DNA from: a bacterium
GTDB lineage: Bacteria > Patescibacteriota > Minisyncoccia > Phycocordibacterales > UBA2100
NCBI GenBank assembly: GCA_016789445.1
Contig: JAEUQT010000003.1
Span: 38,962 to 80,599, forward strand
DNA: 41,638 bases
Direction: 5' to 3'
In this document: positions 24,627 through 33,128 of the stretch, piece by piece
Numbering within the stretch: the first letter of the stretch is position 1
Layout: each line of letters opens with the position of its first letter
The notes under the pieces: model-generated
The model's input: only the letters and a program-made list of their open reading frames with translations
Databases searched by the model: none
What the model was told of the DNA's origin: nothing
Program-made: the position numbers and the translations under genes

Positions 24627-25496
24627 CTAGTGATGCACGGCTTGGATGCCTGCTGTGAATTGCCGCTCCCCCGCAAACGGTGAACAGAGATGCTTGGCCT
24701 CCTCCAATACTTGCGGGATGCGGCCCGGCTTTACGCCATATTCCTCAAGAAGATGCTTTGCCTGCACGTCCTTGCATAGGACGATGCGATTATCGAGGAG
24801 GCGACGCTTCTCGCCATCGGTCAGCGTGGTCAGAGCCGTCAGCGGATGGACGCGGGCTGATTCGATCATTTCGAGAAGCCCGCGGTTATGCGGATAATCC
24901 CAGCCCAGAAGCGTGAGGTTCGAGCACTGTGCGTATCGGATCGCATTGCGGGTGAAGCGCGTGTTCGTGACGAGCCAGCCTTCATCAACGCGAGCAGACG
25001 CTTCGGGGGCGCGCGCAAGATCCTCGTAGCGCGCTTTTACATACAGCGCATCCTTGATATCGGTCTTTCCGCCGGCGACATTGTGGAATTTCGCCTCGAT
25101 GCCGACGCGGCGGTTCCCTTTTTCAGCAAGAACGTCGACTTCGTGCGGTGCACAACGACCCGTCATGGCGACGCCGGTACGCGTCCTCCAGCCGTGTGCC
25201 TTCAGGACTTCCGCGAGGAATTGTTCGAACGGGAATCCTGATGGGCCGAGCGAGAAGATCGCGCGCTTGATCGAATAGCGGGCGGCGACTGCAGGAGATC
25301 CTTCTTCCTGCAGATATTCGAAGGCGTGCTCATAGATATCTTCCGTACGCATTCCCTCGGTCAGCTCACGCTCGATGCGCTTCAGGATGTGTGCACGCGC
25401 CTCATCAGCCGCGCCTGCTCTCTGGAGCGAAGCGTCCAATTTACGCGGATCGAACGGCTCTTGTTCTCCGTCGGCCTTAGTAATAAGCGTATTCAT
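24627..25496 (-). CDS. ATP-cone domain fused to Mrr-like (PD-(D/E)XK) restriction-endonuclease domain
   Basis: N-terminus ITKADGEQEPFDPRKLDASLQRAGA...RTEDIYEHAFEYL is ATP-cone-like. The central HEVDVLAEKGNRRVGIEAKFH gives D...ExK. ATG 25496 is preferred; a GTG at 25547 is possible. Confidence 0.65.
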   Translation of the reverse strand: MNTLITKADGEQEPFDPRKLDASLQRAGAADEARAHILKRIERELTEGMRTEDIYEHAFEYLQEEGSPAVAARYSIKRAIFSLGPSGFPFEQFLAEVLKAHGWRTRTGVAMTGRCAPHEVDVLAEKGNRRVGIEAKFHNVAGGKTDIKDALYVKARYEDLARAPEASARVDEGWLVTNTRFTRNAIRYAQCSNLTLLGWDYPHNRGLLEMIESARVHPLTALTTLTDGEKRRLLDNRIVLCKDVQAKHLLEEYGVKPGRIPQVLEEAKHLCSPFAGERQFTAGIQAVHH

Positions 25497-25561
25497 GCGA
25501 TATGGATGCGCACAAAGACGCTTCCCATACCGAGGATTATACGACACGCCAACCGCGTTCG

Positions 25562-26599
25562 TTACGAGACATCCACAACCCCGCCGCCGATGAGGCGGTT
25601 ACCGTCATAGATGACGAGTGATTGTCCCGGTGGTGCGAGATGCTTTTCGCTGAAATGCACGACTCCTTCTTCGAAACGGATCGCAACCGGTGTTTCGCGA
25701 TAGCGCGCCTGCGCTTCAGCACTGATGTCTCCCGGCTCGCCGTTAACCCAGCTGAGATCTACAAGACCGACGCTCTCGCGTTTCGCCTTTTCCTTATCGG
25801 CAGAGACGGTTAGTACATTCCGTTCTGCGTGGATGGCGACGATGTAGTGCGGCACTTCGGATGCGGTCGCATTCTCGATACGGAACCCGTGACGCTCGCC
25901 GAGCGTATAGAGCGCTGCGCCATCGTGTTCGCCGATGACGACCCCGTGTTCGTCGATCACCTTCCCCTTCTTCAATTCGATATAGCGTGCGAGGAAATCA
26001 CGCATCGAGACTTCGCCGACGAAACAGAGGCCCTGGCTGTCCTTCTTTGCGGCGACCGGCAGATCGAATTTCTCCGCGAGCGCACGCACTTCAGGCTTGG
26101 TGAATCCTCCGATCGGAAAGAGCGTGGTTTCCAGATCTTTCTCGGTAAGACGCCACAGAAAATAGCTCTGGTCCTTATTCGTGTCTTTGCCGCGGTGCAA
26201 TTCGAATCGATCCCCATTCCTGATCACCTGGGCGTAATGTCCCGTCGCGACGAGGTCGGCGCCGTTTGCATGTGCCCATTTCTTGAACGCGCCGAATTTG
26301 ATGTGGCGATTGCAGAGCACGTCCGGATTCGGCGTGCGTCCTGCCGTGTAGTTCGCGATCATATCGTCGATCACCTCTTTCTTGTACTCATCGCTCAAAT
26401 CGATCTCCTTGAACGGTATCCCGAGGTGCGCACAGATACGCATCGCATCCAGACGCTCCTTCTGCCAGGGGCATTCGATGAATTCCGGCCGCCAGATCTT
26501 GATGAAGGCACCGGTGACGTCATAGCCCTGCTCTTTGAGGAGCGCGGCTGATACGGCGCTGTCCACGCCTCCTGAGATTCCGACGAATACCTTCTGCAT
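25562..26599 (-). CDS. mnmA: tRNA 2-thiouridine(34) synthase MnmA
   Basis: PP-loop VGISGGVDSAVSA, catalytic Cys context NPDVLCN and SQGLCF. Confidence 0.93.
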   Translation of the reverse strand: MQKVFVGISGGVDSAVSAALLKEQGYDVTGAFIKIWRPEFIECPWQKERLDAMRICAHLGIPFKEIDLSDEYKKEVIDDMIANYTAGRTPNPDVLCNRHIKFGAFKKWAHANGADLVATGHYAQVIRNGDRFELHRGKDTNKDQSYFLWRLTEKDLETTLFPIGGFTKPEVRALAEKFDLPVAAKKDSQGLCFVGEVSMRDFLARYIELKKGKVIDEHGVVIGEHDGAALYTLGERHGFRIENATASEVPHYIVAIHAERNVLTVSADKEKAKRESVGLVDLSWVNGEPGDISAEAQARYRETPVAIRFEEGVVHFSEKHLAPPGQSLVIYDGNRLIGGGVVDVS

Positions 26600-26619
26600 G
26601 TCGAGAGACTACCGTGCTA

Positions 26620-27660
26620 TCAATCGATATACAACGCCTTCAAGCGCAGATGCTCGGCATACGTCTTGGAGTAGTACGTCACGTGGTTGCGGTCGGCGAG
26701 ATAGAAGAGGTAGCCACCATCGATCGGGGTCACCGCCGCTTCGAGCGACGAGAGCGATGGAGAGCCGATAGCGCCTGGTGGCAGACCCTTGTGGACATAG
26801 GTGTTGTACGGGTCTTCTTCATTCGCGAGATCTTCCTTGGTGAGCGTAAAGGTCGCGCGGCCGATGGAATAGAGGAACGCCGCATCCACCTGCAGCGCCA
26901 TGTCGATCTTGATGCGGCGCCAGAGGACGCCGGCGATCTTGCGGCGATCTTCGTGGTTGAACGCCTCCTTCTCGAGGATGGATGCCAAGATGACCACTTC
27001 GCGGAGCGGTTTGCCGAAGCTTTCGATCTCGCCTGCTAGCTGTGCGATATTCGTATCGAAATTCTGCCGCATGGCCTTGATGACGATATCTTCCGTCGCA
27101 TTCGGGAGGAAGAAATAGGTGTCCGGAAACAGGAAGCCTTCATCCGGCTGTGCCTTCTCGACGAATTTCTCCGCATCGAAGCGCTGCAGCTGTGCGGAAT
27201 AGATCTTCGCCATCTCCTTGGTGGTCGCGCCTTCAGGAATGCGGATACGGATCGGTTCCAGTCCGAACGCTCCGGTGGTGATCGCACGGGCGACCGAGAA
27301 AAGATCGCGCGGCTCCTTGAAGAGATAATCTCCGGCCCGGACACCGCGGTCCGCGCCGAGGATGGTGACCGCGATCGAAAATGCAGTCCCGTTTCGCACT
27401 ACACCCTGCGCTTCAAGCATCTGCCCCGCTTCTTTGGCGCTCGCACCTTCGGGAACCGCGATAAGGTTGCCGGTCGGGAAGCTGCTTGGCGGCGCGATAA
27501 GGAATACGTAGGAAAGAAGCGTGATCGAACCGATCGCGATAAGGATGATGACGGAGCGGCGGTTCGCCTGCTCACGCCAGTTCACGCTTACCTCCTCATC
27601 TACCTTGTTCGCAGCTGCAACGAGTCGCTCAAGATGGCGTTTGATACGGGAGAAATCCAT
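26620..27660 (-). CDS. mltG: Endolytic murein transglycosylase MltG (YceG-like)
   Basis: N-terminal TM, YceG signatures (ILASILEKEA, NTYVHKGLPPGAIGSPS, FYLADRN). Confidence 0.88.
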   Translation of the reverse strand: MDFSRIKRHLERLVAAANKVDEEVSVNWREQANRRSVIILIAIGSITLLSYVFLIAPPSSFPTGNLIAVPEGASAKEAGQMLEAQGVVRNGTAFSIAVTILGADRGVRAGDYLFKEPRDLFSVARAITTGAFGLEPIRIRIPEGATTKEMAKIYSAQLQRFDAEKFVEKAQPDEGFLFPDTYFFLPNATEDIVIKAMRQNFDTNIAQLAGEIESFGKPLREVVILASILEKEAFNHEDRRKIAGVLWRRIKIDMALQVDAAFLYSIGRATFTLTKEDLANEEDPYNTYVHKGLPPGAIGSPSLSSLEAAVTPIDGGYLFYLADRNHVTYYSKTYAEHLRLKALYID

Positions 27661-27663
27661 AGA

Positions 27664-29148
27664 TTACATCGGAAGATTTGCCGGCGGTTCGGACTTGGAT
27701 GATGGGATTCGCTGGAGACCAGGGGCGCGGATAGTGCGGGATGGCGGATGCCACATCGTCGCAAGGACTTCGACGCTCATGATGTTACGCACATCCTCCC
27801 ACGGCGGATTCCACATCTGACGACGACGATATGCATCAAGATAGCGATGGATCTCGTGGTAATGACGGTGATCGTGGTAATCCTGCCACGGCCAATCGAA
27901 GTCGTTATGTGCATTGCGCGGTCGGAGCATGACCCCCCAATTCGGATTGGCATAGGGGCGCCAGATCCAACGCACAGCAGTCGCGGTAGGCCCGCGGAAA
28001 TTATCTTTCGGACCGATGAAAACCATGCGCACACCGGTGTCATATGCGAGCTTTGAGAGATTACGCTCCATCGAGCGCATGAGCTCTTGTTGCGCCCACG
28101 TCGGGCGCGGGAAACCGTACTTGTCCTCATCATCATGATCATCAAGCGAACGCCCCGGATTGAGTGATGCTTTCTTGCGGAGATCCTGAATCTCTTTCTC
28201 GACGAGTTTTTTCCATCCGTCCCCCGGATGTGCCTTAATGACGATCTGCACCCACGCCTGCTCGCCTTGCTGGAGCGAACTCAGTACTTCCAGCACCTGC
28301 GCCATCGGTTCGACTTTCAGTTCTTCTTTCGGATCCTTATCGAGCTCGAAATCGACATAGGTCTTGATGGGGTACGCATTTACTCGCGGGTCATGACGCG
28401 AGATGTCATGCGACTCAAGCATGTAATCACCGACGAACGCATTATGTTTATCGTCATCGAAATGGAAATCGACCGCATAATCACTTACCTCTACGATCTC
28501 CACCTCCGGATACTGCGCGTACATGTTCGTCTCGAAGACGTTGCGAAGGTAATCGCGCTGCAGCCATACATAGAAATGCACCTGTCCGCCATCGGATACG
28601 AGTTCAAATGAGTAGTACGGCATTGTTCCTCCTTTCCATTTCTTATCAATTACGGTGGTCGTCGAAAGTCGGAACCACAGGCCCGTGAGTGCCAACTCCA
28701 TGGCACGAGGAGATTTCGTCACTTCCGTCGGCATCTTCACCTCCAGAAGAACCGGCTTCGTATTCATGAATATGAAGTAGGAACGTACATACCAGTTCCA
28801 AGCCCCCCAGAATCCATAGGCAAGACCCGCCGGCAACAGGATCGGTCCTGCAAGGAGAATCCACCCGAAAACGAGCGCAGGAAATTGCGGCACGAGCATG
28901 GTGCATGCCAGCATGCCTCCAAGGAAATTCGCGGTGAGGAAGGTGCCACGGGAAATGCCTTTGTCACCTGCCCACTCCCACCATGCCAAAACACTGAACC
29001 AAGCACGCCAGCCTTTTGGTGCATGCGCATGTCCGCCATGTCCATGATCATCATGTGGCATCAGGCTGTCGATGCCCTTCTGGGCTCCCGACGCGAGCGT
29101 GTCGAACAGCGAATCAAGTACTGATTTCCCGTGTGCCTCTTCGGCCAT
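27664..29148 (-). CDS. Membrane protein with His-rich N-terminus and Trp/His/Arg-rich C-terminal domain, unknown function
   Basis: 494 aa. HDDHGHGGHAHAPKG, about 3 TM helices, then LLEVKMPTEVTKSPRAMELALTGLW and a C-terminal WPWQDYHDHRHYHEIHRYLDAYRRRQMWNPPWEDV. TATAGT 6 nt upstream of the ATG. Confidence 0.55.
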   Translation of the reverse strand: MAEEAHGKSVLDSLFDTLASGAQKGIDSLMPHDDHGHGGHAHAPKGWRAWFSVLAWWEWAGDKGISRGTFLTANFLGGMLACTMLVPQFPALVFGWILLAGPILLPAGLAYGFWGAWNWYVRSYFIFMNTKPVLLEVKMPTEVTKSPRAMELALTGLWFRLSTTTVIDKKWKGGTMPYYSFELVSDGGQVHFYVWLQRDYLRNVFETNMYAQYPEVEIVEVSDYAVDFHFDDDKHNAFVGDYMLESHDISRHDPRVNAYPIKTYVDFELDKDPKEELKVEPMAQVLEVLSSLQQGEQAWVQIVIKAHPGDGWKKLVEKEIQDLRKKASLNPGRSLDDHDDEDKYGFPRPTWAQQELMRSMERNLSKLAYDTGVRMVFIGPKDNFRGPTATAVRWIWRPYANPNWGVMLRPRNAHNDFDWPWQDYHDHRHYHEIHRYLDAYRRRQMWNPPWEDVRNIMSVEVLATMWHPPSRTIRAPGLQRIPSSKSEPPANLPM

Positions 29149-29200
29149 TCCATTACTATATCAATTTTTTTCCACCGTTCTCGGAGCAATCAACAAAAGA

Positions 29201-29305
29201 AACACGCCATAGGGTTTCCGAGGGTCTCTCGCAGCGCGACGGCGCGAGAGTGAGCGCTGCACCAGCAGGTGCAGACAGCGACCCGAGGAAACTCTATGGC
29301 GTGTT
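29201..29305. repeat. Family-1 structured intergenic element, copy 2 (inverted on + strand)
   Basis: Outer 26-bp stem AACACGCCATAGGGTTTCCGAGGGTC / GACCCGAGGAAACTCTATGGCGTGTT. Reverse strand core: GGGTCGCTGT-[CTGCACC TGCT GGTGCAG]-CGCTCACTCTC-[GCGC CGTC GCGC]-TGCGAGAGACCC. Confidence 0.85.
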
Positions 29306-29313
29306 GAGTGCCG

Positions 29314-30354
29314 TTAGCGGGCGAGAGCGTACTTCCCGTCCGGCTGACGCTTGAACTCGCTGTGCTGGAGATTGACGACGATGGTCGCATCCTTCACGTA
29401 GCGTTCGCGCTTCACACGATCGATGATCTCATCGCGCGAGAGTGCGCCATCGCGCTCGAGGACGTTGCGGATGACTTCGCGGACGACGCCCGGAGCATAG
29501 CCCCACTCCTTGAGTGCATAGAGACCGCGGCCGACGAGGACGAAACGGCCATCCTTGATGAGCTCGTTGTGAGTCGTTGCCGGATGTGCTTCACGCTTGA
29601 AGAGATCACGGATGCCCTTGGCGACTTCGGTGAAGTGCATCGGAGAGCCATGGCGCTTAAGCGTGAGGTACGCGAAATCGCGGGTGTTCTTGATGCGGAC
29701 GTGCGGGGATTCGGTGCGACCCCACTCGCCGAGCGGATTGCGACCGAGACGCTTCGAGATGCGCAACCAGCGGCGCATGGTCTCTTCGTCGCGGTTCTTC
29801 ACGCCGGCGTCCTTGAGGGACTTGCCGAACTGCGCGAGGAATTCGTCCTCCGGAAGGAGCACGCTTGCCTCGACGGCATCATAGAGATCGGAGAGTGCGG
29901 TTTCGACCGCCTCAGCGAGGGATGCATCCACGTGCCAGCGGCGGTGGAAGTTCGCATCTTCGCGCTTGTCATTGAAATGATGGCCCACGGTGAGGACGAA
30001 GAGCACATGATTGCGCTCAGCTTCGTTCTTCGGGACATGGGAGAGGATAGTATCTTCAGCAAGGACACCGCCGAGTTCCTGAACAGCCTTCTTGAGCTCT
30101 TCGAGGGTCTTTGCGTGCTCTGCGTAGCTCTCGGAATCGCGCACTGCAGCGATACCGCCGGATTCGATCTGGCGGATGCGCTCACGGGTGATGCCGTATT
30201 CCTTGCCGATAGCCTCGAGTGTGCGGCCTTTGCCACCTCCCTGGAGGCCGAAGCGGTCGATGAGGACGCGACGGACGCGATCCGGAAGGCCCGCAAGCAG
30301 GTCCTTTGTTACTGACTTCGGTTGAAACGATTGCATAGATTGACTTTTTGTCAT
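29314..30354 (-). CDS. Sigma-70 region-4-like HTH protein with C-terminal HARE-HTH (RNAP delta-like) domain
   Basis: RVLIDRFGLQGGGKGRTLEAIGKEYGITRERIRQIE is region-4-like. The C-terminal SPMHFTEVAKGIRDL...DGRFVLVGRGLYALKEWGY is the HARE-HTH pattern. Start at 30354, or ATG 30336. Confidence 0.6.
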   Translation of the reverse strand: MTKSQSMQSFQPKSVTKDLLAGLPDRVRRVLIDRFGLQGGGKGRTLEAIGKEYGITRERIRQIESGGIAAVRDSESYAEHAKTLEELKKAVQELGGVLAEDTILSHVPKNEAERNHVLFVLTVGHHFNDKREDANFHRRWHVDASLAEAVETALSDLYDAVEASVLLPEDEFLAQFGKSLKDAGVKNRDEETMRRWLRISKRLGRNPLGEWGRTESPHVRIKNTRDFAYLTLKRHGSPMHFTEVAKGIRDLFKREAHPATTHNELIKDGRFVLVGRGLYALKEWGYAPGVVREVIRNVLERDGALSRDEIIDRVKRERYVKDATIVVNLQHSEFKRQPDGKYALAR

Positions 30355-30575
30355 CACTATGATGTACCTTATATCAAAGCCGTCCAAACCTGTCAACTCT
30401 CCCGGGAATACCCCCTACCCTCAATCGTCCTCCTTTTGGAGCATTCCCTGACCCGGATGCGAAATAGCCACGATTCCCTCTACGGGTCAACCGATTTCCC
30501 TTGTCCACAGTCATATCACAGGTTAATCCCAGATGCGAGGTATGCATGGCTGCCACCTCTTTCAGGTGCCGGTGC

Positions 30576-30581
30576 TACAAT
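30576..30581 (+). promoter_or_regulatory. -10-like TACAAT box 7 nt upstream of dnaB ATG
   Basis: gcTACAATtcagtgcATG. Confidence 0.5.
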
Positions 30582-30588
30582 TCAGTGC

Positions 30589-31980
30589 ATGAGTTCGGTA
30601 CGAGTCCCGCCGCAGGATCTTGAAATGGAGAAAGCACTCCTTGGTGCCTTGATGATCAATCAAAGCGCGATCTATGACTGTGCCGATGTCGTGCATGTCG
30701 ATTCCTTCTACGCGGCGAAGCATCGCACTATCTACGATGCGATGCTCACGCTCTACGGAAAGGGAGAACCGATCGACGTCGTTACCGTCGCGGGTAAATT
30801 GAGCGAGCGGAAGCAGCTCAGCGACATGGGCGGTCGCGCCTATCTTTCCGAACTCGCCGGCAGCGCCGCTTCTCCCGGATCAGCTCGTCACTACGCAGAA
30901 GCAGTGCAGTCGAAATTCGTACTCCGCTCGCTGTTGGATGCTGCAGCGAAGATCGGCGAACTCGGTTTCCAGGAAGACCGCGAGATCGCTGCGGTCTTGG
31001 ATGAGGCGCAACAGGCTATTTTCGCGGTTTCCAACGCCCCGATGCTCCAGAAGTTCTCGGTCATCAAAGAGGAGCTTACCGAGGCGTGGGAGCGCTTGGA
31101 GAGTCTCCAGAAACATACGGATGCGCTGCGCGGCGTACCGTCCGGCTTCCCGGCGCTGGACACCATGCTTTCCGGCTTCCAGAAGTCAGACCTCGTCATC
31201 CTCGCCGCCCGTCCTTCCATGGGTAAGACCGCCCTCGCACTGGATATCGCCCGCCAATCGGCGGTGAAGCACAACACGCCGGTCGGCATCTTCTCCCTTG
31301 AAATGAGTTCGCAGCAGCTCGTCGATCGTATGCTCGCGGCGCAGGCGGGAGTCAATGCGTGGAAGCTGCGCACGGGTAAGATCAACAAGGATGAGGAGTA
31401 CGATCGCTTACAGGCGGGTATCGCGGAACTTTCCGAAGCGCCGATTTTCATCGACGATAAGGCCGGCAACACGGTCCTTTCGATCCGCTCGGTCGCGCGA
31501 CGCATGAAAATGGAAAAGGGTCTCGGCCTTGTCGTCATCGACTACCTCCAGCTCATTACGCCGTCGCTCACTGGCGCGAATGTCTCGACCGTGCAGCAGG
31601 TTACGGAGATCTCCCGCGGTCTCAAGGGTATGGCGCGTGAATTGGATGTGCCGGTCATCGCGCTTTCCCAGCTCTCCCGTGCTGTCGAGCAACGCCGCGG
31701 CCGCCCACGACTTTCCGACCTGCGCGACTCTGGTTCCATCGAACAGGACGCCGACGTCGTCATGTTCATCCACCGCGAAGACATGATGGGTTCCCGTGGC
31801 GCTGACGAGAAGAACAACGTCGCTGAAATCCTCATCGAAAAGCACCGCAACGGCCCGGTCGGTAAAGTCGATCTCATGTTCGATAGCGAGAAGACCACCT
31901 TCAAGTCGGTCGAGAAGTCCGATTTCGGTGATTTCACCCCTGAAGCGAGCGTGAGCGGCATGGAGGAGCAGCCGTTCTAA
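30589..31980 (+). CDS. dnaB: Replicative DNA helicase DnaB
   Basis: PPQDLEMEKALLGALM..., Walker A ARPSMGKTA, IDYLQL, RDSGSIEQDADVV. The track ORF N-terminal extension from 30322 is not DnaB-like. Confidence 0.93.
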   Translation: MSSVRVPPQDLEMEKALLGALMINQSAIYDCADVVHVDSFYAAKHRTIYDAMLTLYGKGEPIDVVTVAGKLSERKQLSDMGGRAYLSELAGSAASPGSARHYAEAVQSKFVLRSLLDAAAKIGELGFQEDREIAAVLDEAQQAIFAVSNAPMLQKFSVIKEELTEAWERLESLQKHTDALRGVPSGFPALDTMLSGFQKSDLVILAARPSMGKTALALDIARQSAVKHNTPVGIFSLEMSSQQLVDRMLAAQAGVNAWKLRTGKINKDEEYDRLQAGIAELSEAPIFIDDKAGNTVLSIRSVARRMKMEKGLGLVVIDYLQLITPSLTGANVSTVQQVTEISRGLKGMARELDVPVIALSQLSRAVEQRRGRPRLSDLRDSGSIEQDADVVMFIHREDMMGSRGADEKNNVAEILIEKHRNGPVGKVDLMFDSEKTTFKSVEKSDFGDFTPEASVSGMEEQPF

Positions 31981-31996
31981 CTAAAATTTTATCGAA

Positions 31997-32104
31997 TATT
32001 CGGCCTGACATGCCTCTCGGGTCGCTGTCTGGCGCTGCTGCGCCAGCGCTCAGTCTCGCGCCCGTCGGCGCTGCGAAGACCCTCGATGCATATCAGGCCG
32101 AATA
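31997..32104. repeat. Family-1 structured intergenic element, copy 3 (between dnaB stop and recR promoter)
   Basis: Outer stem TATTCGGCCTGACATGCCTCTCGGGTC / GACCCTCGATGCATATCAGGCCGAATA (imperfect). Core: GGGTCGCTGT-[CTGGCGC TGCT GCGCCAG]-CGCTCAGTCTC-[GCGCC CGTC GGCGC]-TGCGAAGACCC. Confidence 0.85.
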
Positions 32105-32117
32105 GTTCTCGTTCTGT

Positions 32118-32123
32118 TAGACT
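32118..32123 (+). promoter_or_regulatory. -10-like TAGACT box 6 nt upstream of recR ATG
   Basis: gtTAGACTgctcgaATG. Confidence 0.45.
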
Positions 32124-32129
32124 GCTCGA

Positions 32130-32729
32130 ATGGATCCGATAGAGCGATTGACCACTCTTTTCCAGAAATTCCCCGGCATCGGCCCGCGTCAGGCGCAGCG
32201 TTTCGTGCAGTATCTTCTGCGCACCTCGCCGGCGATACGCCGCGAGATCATGGAGAGCATACGCGAGCTTGGGAGCGAAGTGGCGCAGTGCCCTTCGTGT
32301 CAGCGGTATCACTCGGGAAAGAAAGGACTCTGCTCGATCTGTTCGAGCCATGAGCGCGACGTCTCGCTGCTCGCGATCGTCGCTTCGGATGCCGATCTGG
32401 CGGCGCTTGAGCGAAGCCACATGTTCCGTGGACGCTATTTCGTCCTTGGGGGCCTTCTCTCCCTCGCATCGGATCGCATGACCGGCCTACGCGTGAAGGA
32501 GCTGCTCGATTCGCTTCCTAAACGTCGTGACGATGGTCTCTCCGAAGTCATCTTGGCATTTCCCGCGAATCCTGAAGGTGATTCGACGGCCATCCGTGTC
32601 AAAGAAGAGATCCAGGAGAATGTGACCGGCATTACGATTTCCATGCTCGGCCGCGGACTCTCGACCGGATCGGAATTGGAGTACGCCGATCCGGAAACCT
32701 TGCGCAACGCCTTCGAGAATCGACATTAA
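32130..32729 (+). CDS. recR: Recombination protein RecR
   Basis: HhH FPGIGPRQAQRF, zinc finger CPSCQRY...CSICS, Toprim domain. Confidence 0.93.
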   Translation: MDPIERLTTLFQKFPGIGPRQAQRFVQYLLRTSPAIRREIMESIRELGSEVAQCPSCQRYHSGKKGLCSICSSHERDVSLLAIVASDADLAALERSHMFRGRYFVLGGLLSLASDRMTGLRVKELLDSLPKRRDDGLSEVILAFPANPEGDSTAIRVKEEIQENVTGITISMLGRGLSTGSELEYADPETLRNAFENRH

Positions 32730-32733
32730 AAGA

Positions 32734-32760
32734 GCCCGCTTTCGCGGGCCCTTTTCTTTT
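32734..32760. terminator. Bidirectional intrinsic terminator between convergent recR and rplU
   Basis: GCCCGC-TTTC-GCGGGC flanked by AAAAGA upstream and CCTTTTCTTTT downstream. Confidence 0.75.
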
Positions 32761-32761
32761 C

Positions 32762-33079
32762 TTAGAGAGAGGTGATCTTAACCTTCGTGAACGGCTGGCG
32801 GTGGCCCTTCTTCTTGTAGTAGCGGGACTTCTGGCGGTACTTCATGACCACGACCTTGTCGCCGAGACCTTCATCGATGATCTCAGCAGAGACCTTCGCG
32901 CCGGAAACCGCCGGAGTGCCGACCTTGACCGAGGAGCCGTCCGCGACGAGGAGGACCGTATCGAAGTCGATCTTGGTGCCCTTACCCGACTTGCCCTGGA
33001 CGTTCTGAATGGAAATAACATCGCCTTCCTTGACGACGTGCTGGTGGGCGCCCGACTGGATTACTGCTACTTTTGCCAT
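32762..33079 (-). CDS. rplU: 50S ribosomal protein L21
   Basis: MAKVAVIQSGAHQHVVKEGDVI...KYRQKSRYYKKKGHRQPFTKVKI. Confidence 0.93.
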   Translation of the reverse strand: MAKVAVIQSGAHQHVVKEGDVISIQNVQGKSGKGTKIDFDTVLLVADGSSVKVGTPAVSGAKVSAEIIDEGLGDKVVVMKYRQKSRYYKKKGHRQPFTKVKITSL

Positions 33080-33128
33080 AAGTCGCCGGAGTATACGATA
33101 CGGGGCTTAAAAGCGCAATATTCCGGCC

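Noticed and set aside
29201-29305. Family-1 elements as integron attC sites (palindromic, variable sequence, GTGTTGAGT resembles GTTRRRY) or as hammerhead-type ribozymes.
   Set aside because: - There is no integrase and no cassette array; the flanking genes are essential housekeeping genes.
- The 5' R''-like box does not fit RYYYAAC.
- The hammerhead CUGANGA/GAAA core is absent in either orientation.
30501-30509. DnaA-box-like TTGTCCACA upstream of dnaB as a hint of a replication origin.
   Set aside because: It is a single near-consensus box with no cluster, no AT-rich unwinding element and no dnaA or dnaN nearby. That is insufficient evidence.
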